Positions 1 to 10,977 of a DNA stretch of 64,000 nt are shown here, piece after piece; the stretch's first letter is position 1; every line of letters starts with the position of its first letter. This DNA comes from Clostridia bacterium (GTDB taxonomy: Bacteria > Bacillota > Clostridia > UBA1212 > DUPL01), in contig JBMNIW010000001.1 in assembly GCA_050951325.1 (NCBI GenBank), positions 192,001 to 256,000 of the forward strand, given 5' to 3'. Both the position numbers and the translations under genes were made by a program. Under the pieces are notes generated by a model. The model was not told the DNA's origin and did no database searches. It saw only the letters and a list, made by a program, of their open reading frames with translations.

Positions 1-479
1 GGGCCAGTGCCCGCATGTGTATGGAAATTTGCTTTTCTCCATTTTCCTTTACTTAAGTTCTGGTATGGGTTTACATACATTGAGTTGCCTTCAACGTTGG
101 AACCCCAAAACATGTTAAAACTTCCTTTATGTTCATCACCAATCATTGTCACTATATACTCCCCTGCACTTTCCAAATCTACTTTAAATTCTGAGGTTCC
201 AACTGAGTTTTTTACATAAACCAGTTTCCTCTCCGCATCTTTAACATAGACATCCAGATTGCCACTCTCAGTGACAAAACTAAAGTGTAAAGATGGTTTT
301 ACCCCTTCATCAATAGTAATAACTTCGCTCTTCTCGCCATAAAAGTTGTCATAACTTACATTTATCGAATACTCAGTGGTATTCTCTGTAGCGTTTTTGA
401 ATGAATACCCAGCTTCTTTGCATGATTGCAGCATAAGCGAAGATAATACAAGAATGAATATTGCTAACCTTCTCTTCAT
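1..479 (-). CDS. Lipoprotein with PHP-type metallohydrolase domain (5' part only; runs off window edge)
   Basis: Not in ORF track. Read by hand from ATG 479: MKRRLAIFILVLSSLMLQSC (lipobox) ... KWRKANFHTHAGTG, a PHP-like HxH motif. RBS AAGGGA upstream. Confidence 0.7.
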   Translation of the reverse strand, partial: MKRRLAIFILVLSSLMLQSCKEAGYSFKNATENTTEYSINVSYDNFYGEKSEVITIDEGVKPSLHFSFVTESGNLDVYVKDAERKLVYVKNSVGTSEFKVDLESAGEYIVTMIGDEHKGSFNMFWGSNVEGNSMYVNPYQNLSKGKWRKANFHTHAGTG

Positions 480-497
480 AACGATCCCTTCTCTTTT

Positions 498-605
498 TTA
501 TATCAAATCAGAAAAATCACCAAAATTGTCACCACTTGCTGTAATAACATCATCGCTTTCAAAAACATATATTTCAAAGTCAGGTAGCTCATAACTCATT
601 TTCAT
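498..605 (-). CDS. 35-aa small peptide MKMSYELPDFEIYVFESDDVITASGDNFGDFSDLI
   Basis: Strong RBS (AAGGGGG) upstream of ATG 605, TAA at 498-500; fills the gap between two co-oriented genes; YxxP...DVITxS pattern. Confidence 0.7.
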   Translation of the reverse strand: MKMSYELPDFEIYVFESDDVITASGDNFGDFSDLI

Positions 606-712
606 TGAAAATCCCCCTTACTCAATATTTTGTAGTCCTGCATCTCTGGAAAATCCCACTTTACCTTCCAGCAGAGTCGCTAAAGCCAACTCTGCCGGAA
701 AGCAACAGTTCT

Positions 713-3700
713 TCAGCCAGCTTGCACCTTTACGAATACATCCTCTTCAGGCATGATGAAAGTATCATGACTAAGCAAAACATTATTTGCCAGTAAATCG
801 TAATGAACTCCCGGTGCGATATCAATTTCTATCAATACGGTTTCACCGGGCATAAAAATGCCGGCATTCGTCAACCTGCCATTAAGGTACACATCTGTGT
901 ATGAATCTACATCAACGACATACATTCCCTTGCTATAATATATTGTCTGAGACTGGGAATGACAATCGTATGCGACAACAGTTATTGCATAATCATCCGC
1001 CTTCCTTTCAAAGCCAAACTCAATCTCATCTGGCATGTCATCCATACTATGTATTGCATACTGAGAAGACAAACACATAACTTCTTTCTCTATCACACCG
1101 TCTACAATCTGATACAAAGTGACTATGTAATATTCCACAGGACTGCTTCCATTCTTTGCACTTCGGAATTTACCTGTAATTACATCTGAAGTTTCCGATG
1201 TAATAGTAATTTCCTCTTCATCAAAACGAGGCTTTTCAAATTCCACTTTGTCCTGTGTGTATAGCAAATGTGTTCTATCTTCCCTGGGTGCAGGAACATA
1301 CCATACCGGTTCATATTCAGAGTCATTCATGAAATTTTGCCTTCTTACCCTTACATTATTATTTATGTCCACCTCTATCAAGTATCCTTGAGCAAAATTA
1401 TAAATATCGCCCAGGTTTGCCTGATCCATGCCATCTATCTTTGGTGCTATGTAATAGTACAAACCGCCACAATCCAAGTTAGTGTAATCCCTTTGGCGGA
1501 TTGCAGAATCACTATTCAACGGTCGATGTACATGCCCCGTAAAACAGATTACCTGCGGATATTTTGACAGAACCTTGTCAAGATTAGCACTTGACGGAAA
1601 ATGCACCGCAACAAAAACTGGTTTGTTAGGTTCTTCTTCAGTTATCGCTTGTAATTCTGAGTCAAGCCATAAAATGTGCTCACCCACATAGTCATCAGCG
1701 TCCCAATCAAAATCAACTCCCAGAAAATGATATCCATTTACGAGCCAATGCCTTCGTCCTGCAATTATCTCATCTACATCGTTTACATCTGCATCATAGA
1801 AATCTTCTCCCAACGTCTCGTAGAACATTGTGCTCATTATGGTAGGATCTCCTCCCTTTTTCAGATCATGATTTCCCAGAACGTACAGGATTGATGTCTC
1901 TATTCCGCGGCCTTCTTCAATTACTTGCTTAAACAATTTAATTTCAGTATCATCAAGCAAATGCCCTGCCATATCTGTTATATCTCCAACGATTAAAAAT
2001 GCATCCAGCCCAAAGTCAGTTCTTGCATTTAAAATATTCATAGCTGTTCTCAGCTTGTCCATCTGTCCTTCTCTGCCTAAATGAGTGTCACTGACAGCCC
2101 CAAAAGACAGAACAATGTTATTCTCGTCAAAATCATCAGATATGCCAAGACCTGTTTTAACAATATTTACACTTCTCTCTACAGCCGACTCATAAACAAC
2201 ATGCGTTACATTTTCCTTGTCTGTGTACCGGACGTAGCTTCTTGCAACGAAAACAGAATCATATTCATTTTCTGGTATGTTAATTATTACCGCTGTAAAC
2301 CATTGATACTCTTCATCATCAACTAAAATTCTTTCAGCAGGTATGTTCAAATACTTAAATCCAGCAGCGCCCAGTACAAGGTCTTCATTCTTCAATGACA
2401 GTGCGTCTAAATTTCTCCTTAATGTTACAAGCGTTCCGTATGAAACATTCACTGCATCTGCGGGTATCGACCCTTTATTAATCTGTGTTATAAATCTAAG
2501 GCCTTGAGGCTCATTTATCCTCATTTGAGCACCTAATGTCTCAAACGCAATCCCGTTTTTATCACCAATACTAAAAAATCTTGCTGTAATATCCATATTT
2601 GAAGTCGCACTTCCTGTATAATTTCTGGAAATGCTGATGACCTTGCCAGTCTCGTTGTCATACCATCCACCAAAAGCATATCCTTCTGATGGTTTTGCAT
2701 ACAACTCAAATGCAGTACCGTGAGTGTACAATCCGCCACCTATTACAGTTCCGTTACCATTGTTTGCAACCTTTATCAAGTTGCTATACTTGAATTCCCC
2801 CTCGAAAGCCAGTGCTGCATCTATCGTTTTGAACAGAGCAACATATTTTATCTCTAAAACATCCGATGTCTCACAGCTGTCAAAAGGGTCTATACGAAGG
2901 GTAGACAAATTTCCACTCCATTCAGAAATATCTGACATGTCAATAGTTATAAGCTGCCAATCTGTTGTGGATTTATAGTTAATAGGTTTAGAGCTGACTC
3001 CTGCATAACCACTTGCGGGAGTCGAAAAATACAACTGTCCTTTTAAAGGTGTGCTACTGCTTCTTCTAACAAATAAGGATACTATCTTATACTCATCCAA
3101 AGAAACGTTCGTGTCCTTTTCTATTCTTAATGTAAAATACGGATCTGATACGGTTGCCCCACTTTCGGCAAAAAAAGTGATTTTTGCCGCCTTTATTAAA
3201 GGGTCAAAAGAGATTTCCATATTTTTAAGTCCACTAGTTCTCCCTATTGTGCTTGAATGTTTGAAATCCCAGTAAACCTCTGACGGACGCAAATCTGTGT
3301 AAACAACTGAAAAAGTCTCACGCTGTCTTATCTTATTATCACTTCCACAAATGACAACATCATACTCTCCTGGTGTAAAGTGACCCGTCTGAAAACCGCC
3401 GTCTTTTTCCAATGGTAGCTTTATCTCTCCATTTTGCTCTACATTAGCCCATGCAAGAGCATTCTCCTTGACAGCCTCTCCGTCTTTGGGAATAATTCCT
3501 ATCCAGTCTCCCTGCACTGTTCCATTAAATGAAATATCCAAATTTCCAGCCTGAGTAATAACATTTGTTTTTAAGCTGAGTTTAGTTGGACCATAAAAAT
3601 TACCATCAAAGTTGTTTGCAGCGTCAACTGTACTGAAGGATGCAACATACTTTATCTCGTATACGTCATCTTTCTTGCACTCAGCAAAAGGATCCAACCG

Positions 3701-5259
3701 AAAATGTAAAATGGTACCCTTCCATTCTGGTATTTTTGACATGTCAACAGTAACAATCTGCCAATCTGTTGTGTTTTCGTAATAAATAGTTTCTTTTTTC
3801 CAGCTGCCCGAAGAACCGTCTGTTCTATAGTATAAATCTCCATAATTTGGCGAGCCTTCACTCTTCCTTATCAACAAAGATATTATTGGATAATCGTCTG
3901 CGAGCATGTTTGGATCTGGCAAATTGAAATAAATATGCGGATCAACAACCTTGTTGTTCTCTTCGGGACCAAAAACAAACTTTATAGATTTTGTTCCTTC
4001 AGTATACTCAACACCCGCAATTTTATTCTTAGTCCCAAAATTGTTTACTGATTCGGGATTGTCAAATACCCAGCTAAAATCCAACGGGAATGGATCAACA
4101 TAATTCACAGTAATCGACACCCTTTTAATCTCCGTATAATCTGTCATGAATACCAGGTCATAAACCCCTTCTTCAAGGTCACCTATCATTAATCCACCCT
4201 GTCTGTCTTCTAATACCCTAACCGTTCCAACTCCTTCAATATCATTCCATGCCAATGCCATATTCTTGTTTGCTACATGATTCTTGGGCATCAAAGCATA
4301 CCAGCTGCCACTGCTTACCTTGGCATAAGTAACAATGATATCTTCTGTTTGAAACATGGTATCCTTTGAAAGAGAGATAAAAGGACCATCGTCCGATGAG
4401 TTTGTGTAAAAGAGATCATCAATTGATAGCGTCCCACTTCTGACCGACATGGCAATTGTGCTGTCATCCTTTGCTATCCTTGCATTTGTTACTTCGAATT
4501 GCACATCTCCATTACCATCCAATAGTTTTGCATATGTGTAAATCCCATCAACTGGAGAACCGTATTCAATAACAGCCATTAATGTTTGGTCTACAAATAT
4601 CTTTATCTTATGTCCGTCATCCACCACATCCAAATCAAAAAAGTTTAGAACTGTGTTTTTATTACCCGGCATATTTACCTCAATGTATTTTCTGCCAATA
4701 CCCGAAGTCTCGTTCTTTTCTTCACTTGTCTTTATACCTATTTGAAGTTTATGCGCATGAGGTTTGATATATACTCCAGTAGCTCCAACGCCATTTGCAT
4801 ATACGCCATCATGAAACGAATCAGATTCATATTCATGGATAGGTTTACTGTCATTTTTATAAGGTGTAATTGTTGTCCTGATAAATACAAACCCACCTCC
4901 ATGAGGAGCAGCTTCGTTGTAGCTTCCTTTAAATCGTCCAGAGAATTCAAACGTTTGCCCCAGGTTAAGATTGGAATTGCCCCTTAATAGTCGGCCATCT
5001 ATCCATCCCATTTCCAAATATTTGTTTGTACCTTCATCGACAATCCGAAAACCACCAGAATCCCAGTTATTCCAACGATCTTCTCGTTCCAGATAAAGTA
5101 CTTCTTTAATGAACTCAATATATCTAGTTCTGTACCTGTTTCAAAATTCTGGACATAAATAGTATTCTCTGTTCCTTCAATAATAAAATTTGGTAATATA
5201 AGTGAAAGTACCAAAGAGAATACCAAAAAAATTGATAAAATCCATTTTTTCATTTTCAA
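713..5259 (-). CDS. Large secreted modular calcineurin-like metallophosphoesterase, split by one frameshift near 5095 (ORFs 4999..5259 and 713..5017)
   Basis: Signal peptide in 4999..5259; the 713..5017 frame is open upstream to ~5135 (YLEREDRWNNWDSGGFRIVDEG). Metallophos motifs SDTHLG, GDITD, GNHD, HFP, GHVH; duplicated N-terminal modules; InlB-B-like repeat; GAQMR module. Confidence 0.75.
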
Positions 5260-5407
5260 ACTCCCCTCACATTTGTTAGTTTGTCTTATATCTGGATGGA
5301 TTTTATCATTAATATTTATATAATTGTTATAAGAACAACTCTCATAATATTAAAAAAGTAACATAAAGGAAGAAGAATAATAAATTTGCAGTATTGCATT
5401 ATTAAAA

Positions 5408-6284
5408 TTAGATGTTGCTGAATTTGCTGGTTATGTATCTGTTTTTATACTTATATGGTGTAGTGTTCTCATGTTTCTTGAAACATGCTATAAAATGAGA
5501 GGCTCCGTTAAAACCAGTATAACTGCTAATCTCTTCCAGGGACAAGTCTGTTTCTATCAGAAAACGTTTTGCCCTGTTGATACGAAGTTTGATAAGATAA
5601 TCATAAGGAGACGCTCCAGTATACTTTTTAAAAATACGAGTAAACTGAGCTTTGCTAAAAAAGCACATCTCAGCCAAATCCTCCACAGTGATTTTTTTAT
5701 CCAGGTTATTACTCATGTATTCAATACATTCCAAGATAGACTCACTATGCTTTATTTTCACATTCTGGTTCTGTCTAGACAGAATAATATCACCCATAAC
5801 TGATACATAAGGGATGAGCATATCAAATCGCTTCTGATTGAAGGTGTTTGTATGTTCTTCATCATGTCTCTGAATATCCTGTCAACTATTTCAGGGTTAC
5901 TCATTTTCGTAGGCGTTACATCACCGCCATAGCATATTTTGTGCAAGTTGTCACATGCATCCCCTTCAATAAAAACCCATATGGAATGCCAGCTGTTGAC
6001 AGGATAATAGATTATATGATCATCTATACTGAAAATACATATCTTATGCTTGTCCATTACAAGCTTATTATTTTTAAACTCAATAATACCCGTTCCATCC
6101 ACAGTATATATAAGCAAATACTGCTCCAGTATCCTGTTTATAAATATCTCTGGCCCCAAAATACCCTCATTGACACTATGAACGCCCAGAGAAAGCTCAC
6201 TAAATCAGGAGATCGGTTTGTTACATAAGGTATCGCAGTTTTTCTAGTCCACCCTCTTATTTCAATAAATGGCATAATACTCAT
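5408..6284 (-). CDS. AraC-family transcriptional regulator, split by two single-base frameshifts
   Basis: C-terminal AraC HTH (TVEDLAEMCFFSKAQFTRIFKKYTG ... GFNGASHFIACFKKHENTTPYKY) in 5408..5821; cupin-like part in 5758..6159; start with RBS GAGG near 6275-6284. Confidence 0.75.
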
Positions 6285-6449
6285 TCCTCATAATACATTA
6301 TTGATGCGAAAAAAATCATTTGTTTATTATCTTATTTTAACATAATTTTTACACATCATAAACCTTTCAACGATTATATTATTGTTGAATAATTGCATTA
6401 TTAAGTGGACATTAAAAAGATCTTTTTTATATATTTTCAAGACATAAAA

Positions 6450-6752
6450 CTAATACCACTTAGTCCATCCGTCACCTGTAGGAGATAGGTCATGCGATGC
6501 TGCAGGAGCCTCTTCATTGCTTTTTACAGGTGTAGGACTTTCTGTAGTTTGCGGGGTTGATTCTTCATTGTTATTCAAATCTCCAAAGTTTCCATAATTG
6601 TCGCTTGTACTTTCAGGTAAACCAGGCGTTGTGGCCGCCGGAGTTGGTGTTGAATATCTTTTCTTGTTTTTATCATTTCCACAACCAATAATGATAATTA
6701 CAACAAGCAAAATAAGGATTAATATATAAATAACTCTCTTGACTCTCATCAC
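6450..6752 (-). CDS. Small Pro/Thr/Ser-rich lipoprotein
   Basis: Hydrophobic stretch ending IIGC lipobox; low-complexity PT/ES linker; aromatic C-terminus GWTKWY. Confidence 0.7.
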   Translation of the reverse strand: MMRVKRVIYILILILLVVIIIIGCGNDKNKKRYSTPTPAATTPGLPESTSDNYGNFGDLNNNEESTPQTTESPTPVKSNEEAPAASHDLSPTGDGWTKWY

Positions 6753-6870
6753 TAAGCTCTCCTCTCCACCTATCCTTGTCCAATTGTCAATAATACATTA
6801 TCAAGTCTTATTGAATGGATGTAGCAAAAAAAGGCAAAAAATATTTAAATCGTGTCAAGCATTAATATTC

Positions 6871-8067
6871 CTACATATTTGCTATAAGGCCAAGTCTAAG
6901 GGTTTCGGATAGTAAATTATAGGAGTAATCCTGAGGCATTTTGAATATGTCGCCTAAAGAGAAAATGATTCTCTCTGCCATTTTGTAAAGGGTGCTGTCT
7001 TCTTTGAACAGCGCCTTTTGTAATTGCAGGATGCATACAAGTGCAATAGGAATTGCTTCTGCCATGCCCAGGTATGGAGAAAGAAAAACAAGAAGATTAA
7101 TAACAATCAGATAACCGGCAACCGTCAATTCACCAGTATTATCAAACATGTACTCAACAAGCCAGTAGCCTGCAAGAACAAGCACGGACAAAAAAACAAA
7201 AACGGCATTTCCCACACTGTCGGGCGCATCATCAACTTTCCTGCTAAGATCCCCTATGTACTGCTCTATTTTTCCTATCTTTCCATGAGCCACAAAATCT
7301 CCATCCAACACAATATTGTCCAATCTGTGCACGGTTACAAAGTTTTTGCCTTCCCAATTTGCTTTTACATATACTACCTCTCCCACAGGATTCAGTAAAG
7401 CCCCTATAAAACTCCATGTATAGTTGAACATGCGCTCCTGCATCCTTTCAATACCCCTTCTGTGCTCTTCCCTATTCAAATATTCATTACTGAAACCGGG
7501 TCCGTCAAAATTGGCACATATCTCAATAAAGTCATCGAGCCCGTACTTGTAAGATATTATGGCAAAATGAGAAGCCAGGTTTCCACCCAGCGAGTGCCCG
7601 GCAACTGCCATAGAGGTATATCTGTGTATGTATTTGGAATACGCTATCTGCCTTGCAAAATTCTCACACTCCTTTTGTTGGATGGTAATCTCACTGTTAA
7701 GAAGCATAAGATCTGCAAAAACCCAGTCTGCTATCCTGTGCCTGATTTCCGACATTGGCTCGCTTCCTCTAAGAGCGCAAACTATTCTTTGTTCATCAAG
7801 TTCAATGAGACAACCGTAAAACCCGGAAGAATGAGTAAAATCATTGTCGTTGTAATAGTCTACAAGCTTGTAGCTTCTAATGGCTCTCAAATCATCTTTG
7901 CTTACGTATTCCAGCAAGGACAAATCGGCAATATTGGACTTGCCAAGCAAATCCAATATCTCTCCTATTGATACGGGACCGCCTTCTGACAAAAAGTCAA
8001 AACCTTTATACAAATCCAGAAACGCAATAAATGAAGCGTACGCAAGCTCCCTATCGGTAAACGGCAT
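6871..8067 (-). CDS. Lipase / phospholipase of DUF2974 (Mbeg1-like) type with C-terminal membrane helices
   Basis: ALRGSE, GHSLGGNLA nucleophile elbow, FDGPGF, downstream His; likely start MPFTDREL at 8067. Confidence 0.7.
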   Translation of the reverse strand: MPFTDRELAYASFIAFLDLYKGFDFLSEGGPVSIGEILDLLGKSNIADLSLLEYVSKDDLRAIRSYKLVDYYNDNDFTHSSGFYGCLIELDEQRIVCALRGSEPMSEIRHRIADWVFADLMLLNSEITIQQKECENFARQIAYSKYIHRYTSMAVAGHSLGGNLASHFAIISYKYGLDDFIEICANFDGPGFSNEYLNREEHRRGIERMQERMFNYTWSFIGALLNPVGEVVYVKANWEGKNFVTVHRLDNIVLDGDFVAHGKIGKIEQYIGDLSRKVDDAPDSVGNAVFVFLSVLVLAGYWLVEYMFDNTGELTVAGYLIVINLLVFLSPYLGMAEAIPIALVCILQLQKALFKEDSTLYKMAERIIFSLGDIFKMPQDYSYNLLSETLRLGLIANM

Positions 8068-8071
8068 AAAA

Positions 8072-8623
8072 TCACCCAAACCTGAACTCAAACACAGGAT
8101 AAAACCTTCTCATAAAAGATTTATCCAAAAATCTTCTATTCTCATACGACAATGTGGTATAGTCATAGTAATTCAAAACAAAAACATCCAAGGTCAAGCT
8201 CCTGCCCAGTTGTGAAACAGACATTTCTATCCGCTTCTCAACTTCCTCTTTCGTCTGAAGATTATCCAATACAACAAGAATTCCATAGTATACGTCTTCC
8301 TTAAACAAGGTAATCTCTAGTCTTCCGACAATTCCATATTCATACAGATTAAAAAGAAGTGCCTTTTCCACTTCCCTTGCAGCATATGCTCGGATATAAC
8401 TGTCCTGGATGTTCTTCCTGTCTGCAATCACTTTAAAACATATTTTTGAATCGTCCCTTGCACAGCAAACGGCAACCACCCTGCCGCTTGCCATGTCGTA
8501 ATTGCCGATTGCCAGTACATCAAATTCCACATCATATTTCTCCCTCAACCTGTCAAGGATGAAGGAAGAAATATAATCAGTTATTTTCCCATCATGAATG
8601 CTGTTTAACACTTGCCCAATCAT
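8072..8623 (-). CDS. Hypothetical protein, possible partner or immunity protein of the lipase
   Basis: 183-aa ORF directly upstream of the lipase; LREKYDVEFDV ... DSY pattern. Confidence 0.5.
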   Translation of the reverse strand: MIGQVLNSIHDGKITDYISSFILDRLREKYDVEFDVLAIGNYDMASGRVVAVCCARDDSKICFKVIADRKNIQDSYIRAYAAREVEKALLFNLYEYGIVGRLEITLFKEDVYYGILVVLDNLQTKEEVEKRIEMSVSQLGRSLTLDVFVLNYYDYTTLSYENRRFLDKSFMRRFYPVFEFRFG

Positions 8624-8716
8624 ATACCATACCCAGGCACTTCTTTAATATAGGTTTATTCAAAAGATAAATAAAAATGACTGATAAAAAGAAAAAAAGC
8701 AAGGAATTTTCCCTGC

Positions 8717-9913
8717 TCATTCTCCATTTATCATGTTTTCATACAACTTATTGTATTTGTCCACAAGCTCTTCCAAGTCCAGTTGTCTGAAATCGTTTAT
8801 AAAATCTGATACCAGTTCAGTCATTAATGGATATTCATCCGGCAGCTTTTGGCCAATCTCCTCATATGTAAAATCGTACAACTCAACTATCTCAAGCTTG
8901 TTTATTGCAATTTTGGCCTCGTATGTTTCTCTCTTCAAATCATGAAATACATCGCTTAATAAAAGGCATATATAATTCTTGCACAAACTCGAAATCTTCT
9001 CATTGATACCACTCTCTACCATTCGAAGACATTCCAGAGAAAGGTCGCATGCAAATAGAACCACTTCCGCTCGGGCATTGTTGGAACCAACAATTCTATA
9101 TATCTTCACTAAAACATCTATCAGCAAAGACACATCCTCGTCCTGCATTACATTGTCCAGAACAAAGTGCAAAAGCTTGTCAAGGCAGTCCCCAGCCAGA
9201 GAAACATCGGATACTTCTTCATGCATGTATTTGATAAAATACCCCACACTATTTTCAAGCACATTTTTATTAATATAGTATTGGGCTATTATGAGATAAA
9301 CGTATGAGTATATAAGCTCATCATATCCATAATTATGCTTTATGTTATGTGCAGCAATACAATATGCTCTTTCGTATTTCCCCAGATGAACACATGCTTC
9401 AGCATACAGGTTAAGATACTCTACGTCCCTGTTCAAGGTTTTGTAGAGGGTTCTAAGGTATAAATAGGAAGTACTGTAGTTCCTCAGACAGTTATACGCA
9501 TACCCCAAAGAAAAAACAACATCGTTATCATCTGGATAATTCTCATAAAGCACAACCAATACATTAATGCTCTCTTGGGCCTGTCCAGTAAAACAATACA
9601 TTCGGGACAATACAAGCATTATCTCTCTTTGATCCGGGTAGTGTTTCAAACCCTCATTCAGAATATCAATTGCGATATGTGCATTCTTTTCTATATACTT
9701 TTTCAAGGAGCTCTGGATAATTTCACCAACTTCCAAAGGCACATCCAAAGAGTAATTATACAGCTTTCTGATAGTTTCTTTTGTCAATATATCAAACGCA
9801 AGTGAGATATCATTGTTTTTATTTGGTGACAGCATACAACGGGCCAAGGCAAGCTCTATTTCCTCTTTTGTTGCATCTCTTGATACATTAAGCAGTTCGT
9901 AGTAGTTTACCAT
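8717..9913 (-). CDS. J-domain-like plus TPR protein
   Basis: NYYELLNVSRDATKEEI ... ISLAFDILTKETIRKLYN J-like N-terminus followed by TPR-like helices; HPD motif absent. Confidence 0.6.
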   Translation of the reverse strand: MVNYYELLNVSRDATKEEIELALARCMLSPNKNNDISLAFDILTKETIRKLYNYSLDVPLEVGEIIQSSLKKYIEKNAHIAIDILNEGLKHYPDQREIMLVLSRMYCFTGQAQESINVLVVLYENYPDDNDVVFSLGYAYNCLRNYSTSYLYLRTLYKTLNRDVEYLNLYAEACVHLGKYERAYCIAAHNIKHNYGYDELIYSYVYLIIAQYYINKNVLENSVGYFIKYMHEEVSDVSLAGDCLDKLLHFVLDNVMQDEDVSLLIDVLVKIYRIVGSNNARAEVVLFACDLSLECLRMVESGINEKISSLCKNYICLLLSDVFHDLKRETYEAKIAINKLEIVELYDFTYEEIGQKLPDEYPLMTELVSDFINDFRQLDLEELVDKYNKLYENMINGE

Positions 9914-9939
9914 AGGACTCCTTTTCAATTTGTTTTAGT

Positions 9940-10968
9940 CTAGTTTCTCAATTCATCCTGTACATATTTAAGTCTTAATAATTTCTCCTTTACTTCTTCA
10001 ACGTCAAGCTGAACCGTATTGTTTGAATTAAACTCCGTAGCGATGCTTCTGTCGCTATCTCCTTTTGTAAAGTACTTGTCATAGTTGAGGTCCCTCTTGT
10101 CCACAGGCACCCGGTAGTAGTTGCCAAGGTCAATGCTGTTTGCACATTCCTCGCTGGTAAGAAGCGTCTCATACATCTTCTCGCCATGTCTGATACCGAT
10201 AATCCTTATTTCAGCATCAGAATTAAATATCTCCTTCACCGCCTGGGCAAGTACTCCAATCTTACATGCAGGAGCCTTTTGAACAAGAATATCACCGGAT
10301 TTTGCGTGCTGGAACGCATAAAGCACAAGTTCCACCGCCTCATCAAGACTCATTATAAATCTTGTCATGTTGGGTTCCGTCACAGTCAATGGACTGTTTG
10401 ATTTAATTTGGTCTATGAACAGAGGAATTACACTTCCTCTTGAACACATAACATTTCCGTATCTTGTGCAGCATATTGTGGTTTTTTCAGGACTCACGGT
10501 GCGGGACTTTGCCACCACCACTTTTTCCATCATGGCCTTGCTCATGCCCATGGCATTGATAGGATACGCAGCCTTGTCAGTAGACAGGCATATTACTTTA
10601 GAAACTCCTGCATCTATGGCAGCTGTCAGTACATTATCAGTGCCAAACACATTGGTTTTTACCGCTTCCAGCGGGAAAAACTCACAAGAAGGCACCTGCT
10701 TCAAGGCAGCGGCATGAAAAACGTAATCAACTCCATAAATAGCATACCTGATGGAAGACAGGTCCCTTACGTCCCCTATATAGAATTTGAGTTTGTGGGC
10801 AATTTCGGGATACAAGGCTGAATATTTATGCCTCATATCGTTTTGTTTTTTCTCATCCCTTGAAAATACCCTTATTTCCTTGATATCGCTATTAAGAAAC
10901 CTGTCCAGTACTGCATTTCCAAAAGAACCGGTTCCTCCAGTTATAAGCAGGGTTTTACCCTTGAACAT
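9940..10968 (-). CDS. fnlA: UDP-GlcNAc 4,6-dehydratase / 5-epimerase (FnlA/CapE/WbjB family)
   Basis: GGTGSFG, FSRDEKKQ, HAAALKQVPSCEFFP, STDKA, RYGNVMCSRGSVIP, GIRHGEK, RDLNYDKYF. Confidence 0.85.
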   Translation of the reverse strand: MFKGKTLLITGGTGSFGNAVLDRFLNSDIKEIRVFSRDEKKQNDMRHKYSALYPEIAHKLKFYIGDVRDLSSIRYAIYGVDYVFHAAALKQVPSCEFFPLEAVKTNVFGTDNVLTAAIDAGVSKVICLSTDKAAYPINAMGMSKAMMEKVVVAKSRTVSPEKTTICCTRYGNVMCSRGSVIPLFIDQIKSNSPLTVTEPNMTRFIMSLDEAVELVLYAFQHAKSGDILVQKAPACKIGVLAQAVKEIFNSDAEIRIIGIRHGEKMYETLLTSEECANSIDLGNYYRVPVDKRDLNYDKYFTKGDSDRSIATEFNSNNTVQLDVEEVKEKLLRLKYVQDELRN

Positions 10969-10977
10969 AAAACCACC

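Noticed and set aside
498-605. Lasso peptide biosynthetic cluster
   Set aside because: No cyclase, B1/B2 leader peptidase or radical SAM maturase is adjacent within the window.
5020-5140. Programmed -1 frameshift in the large phosphoesterase gene
   Set aside because: No convincing slippery heptamer plus structure; neighbouring indels suggest sequence error.
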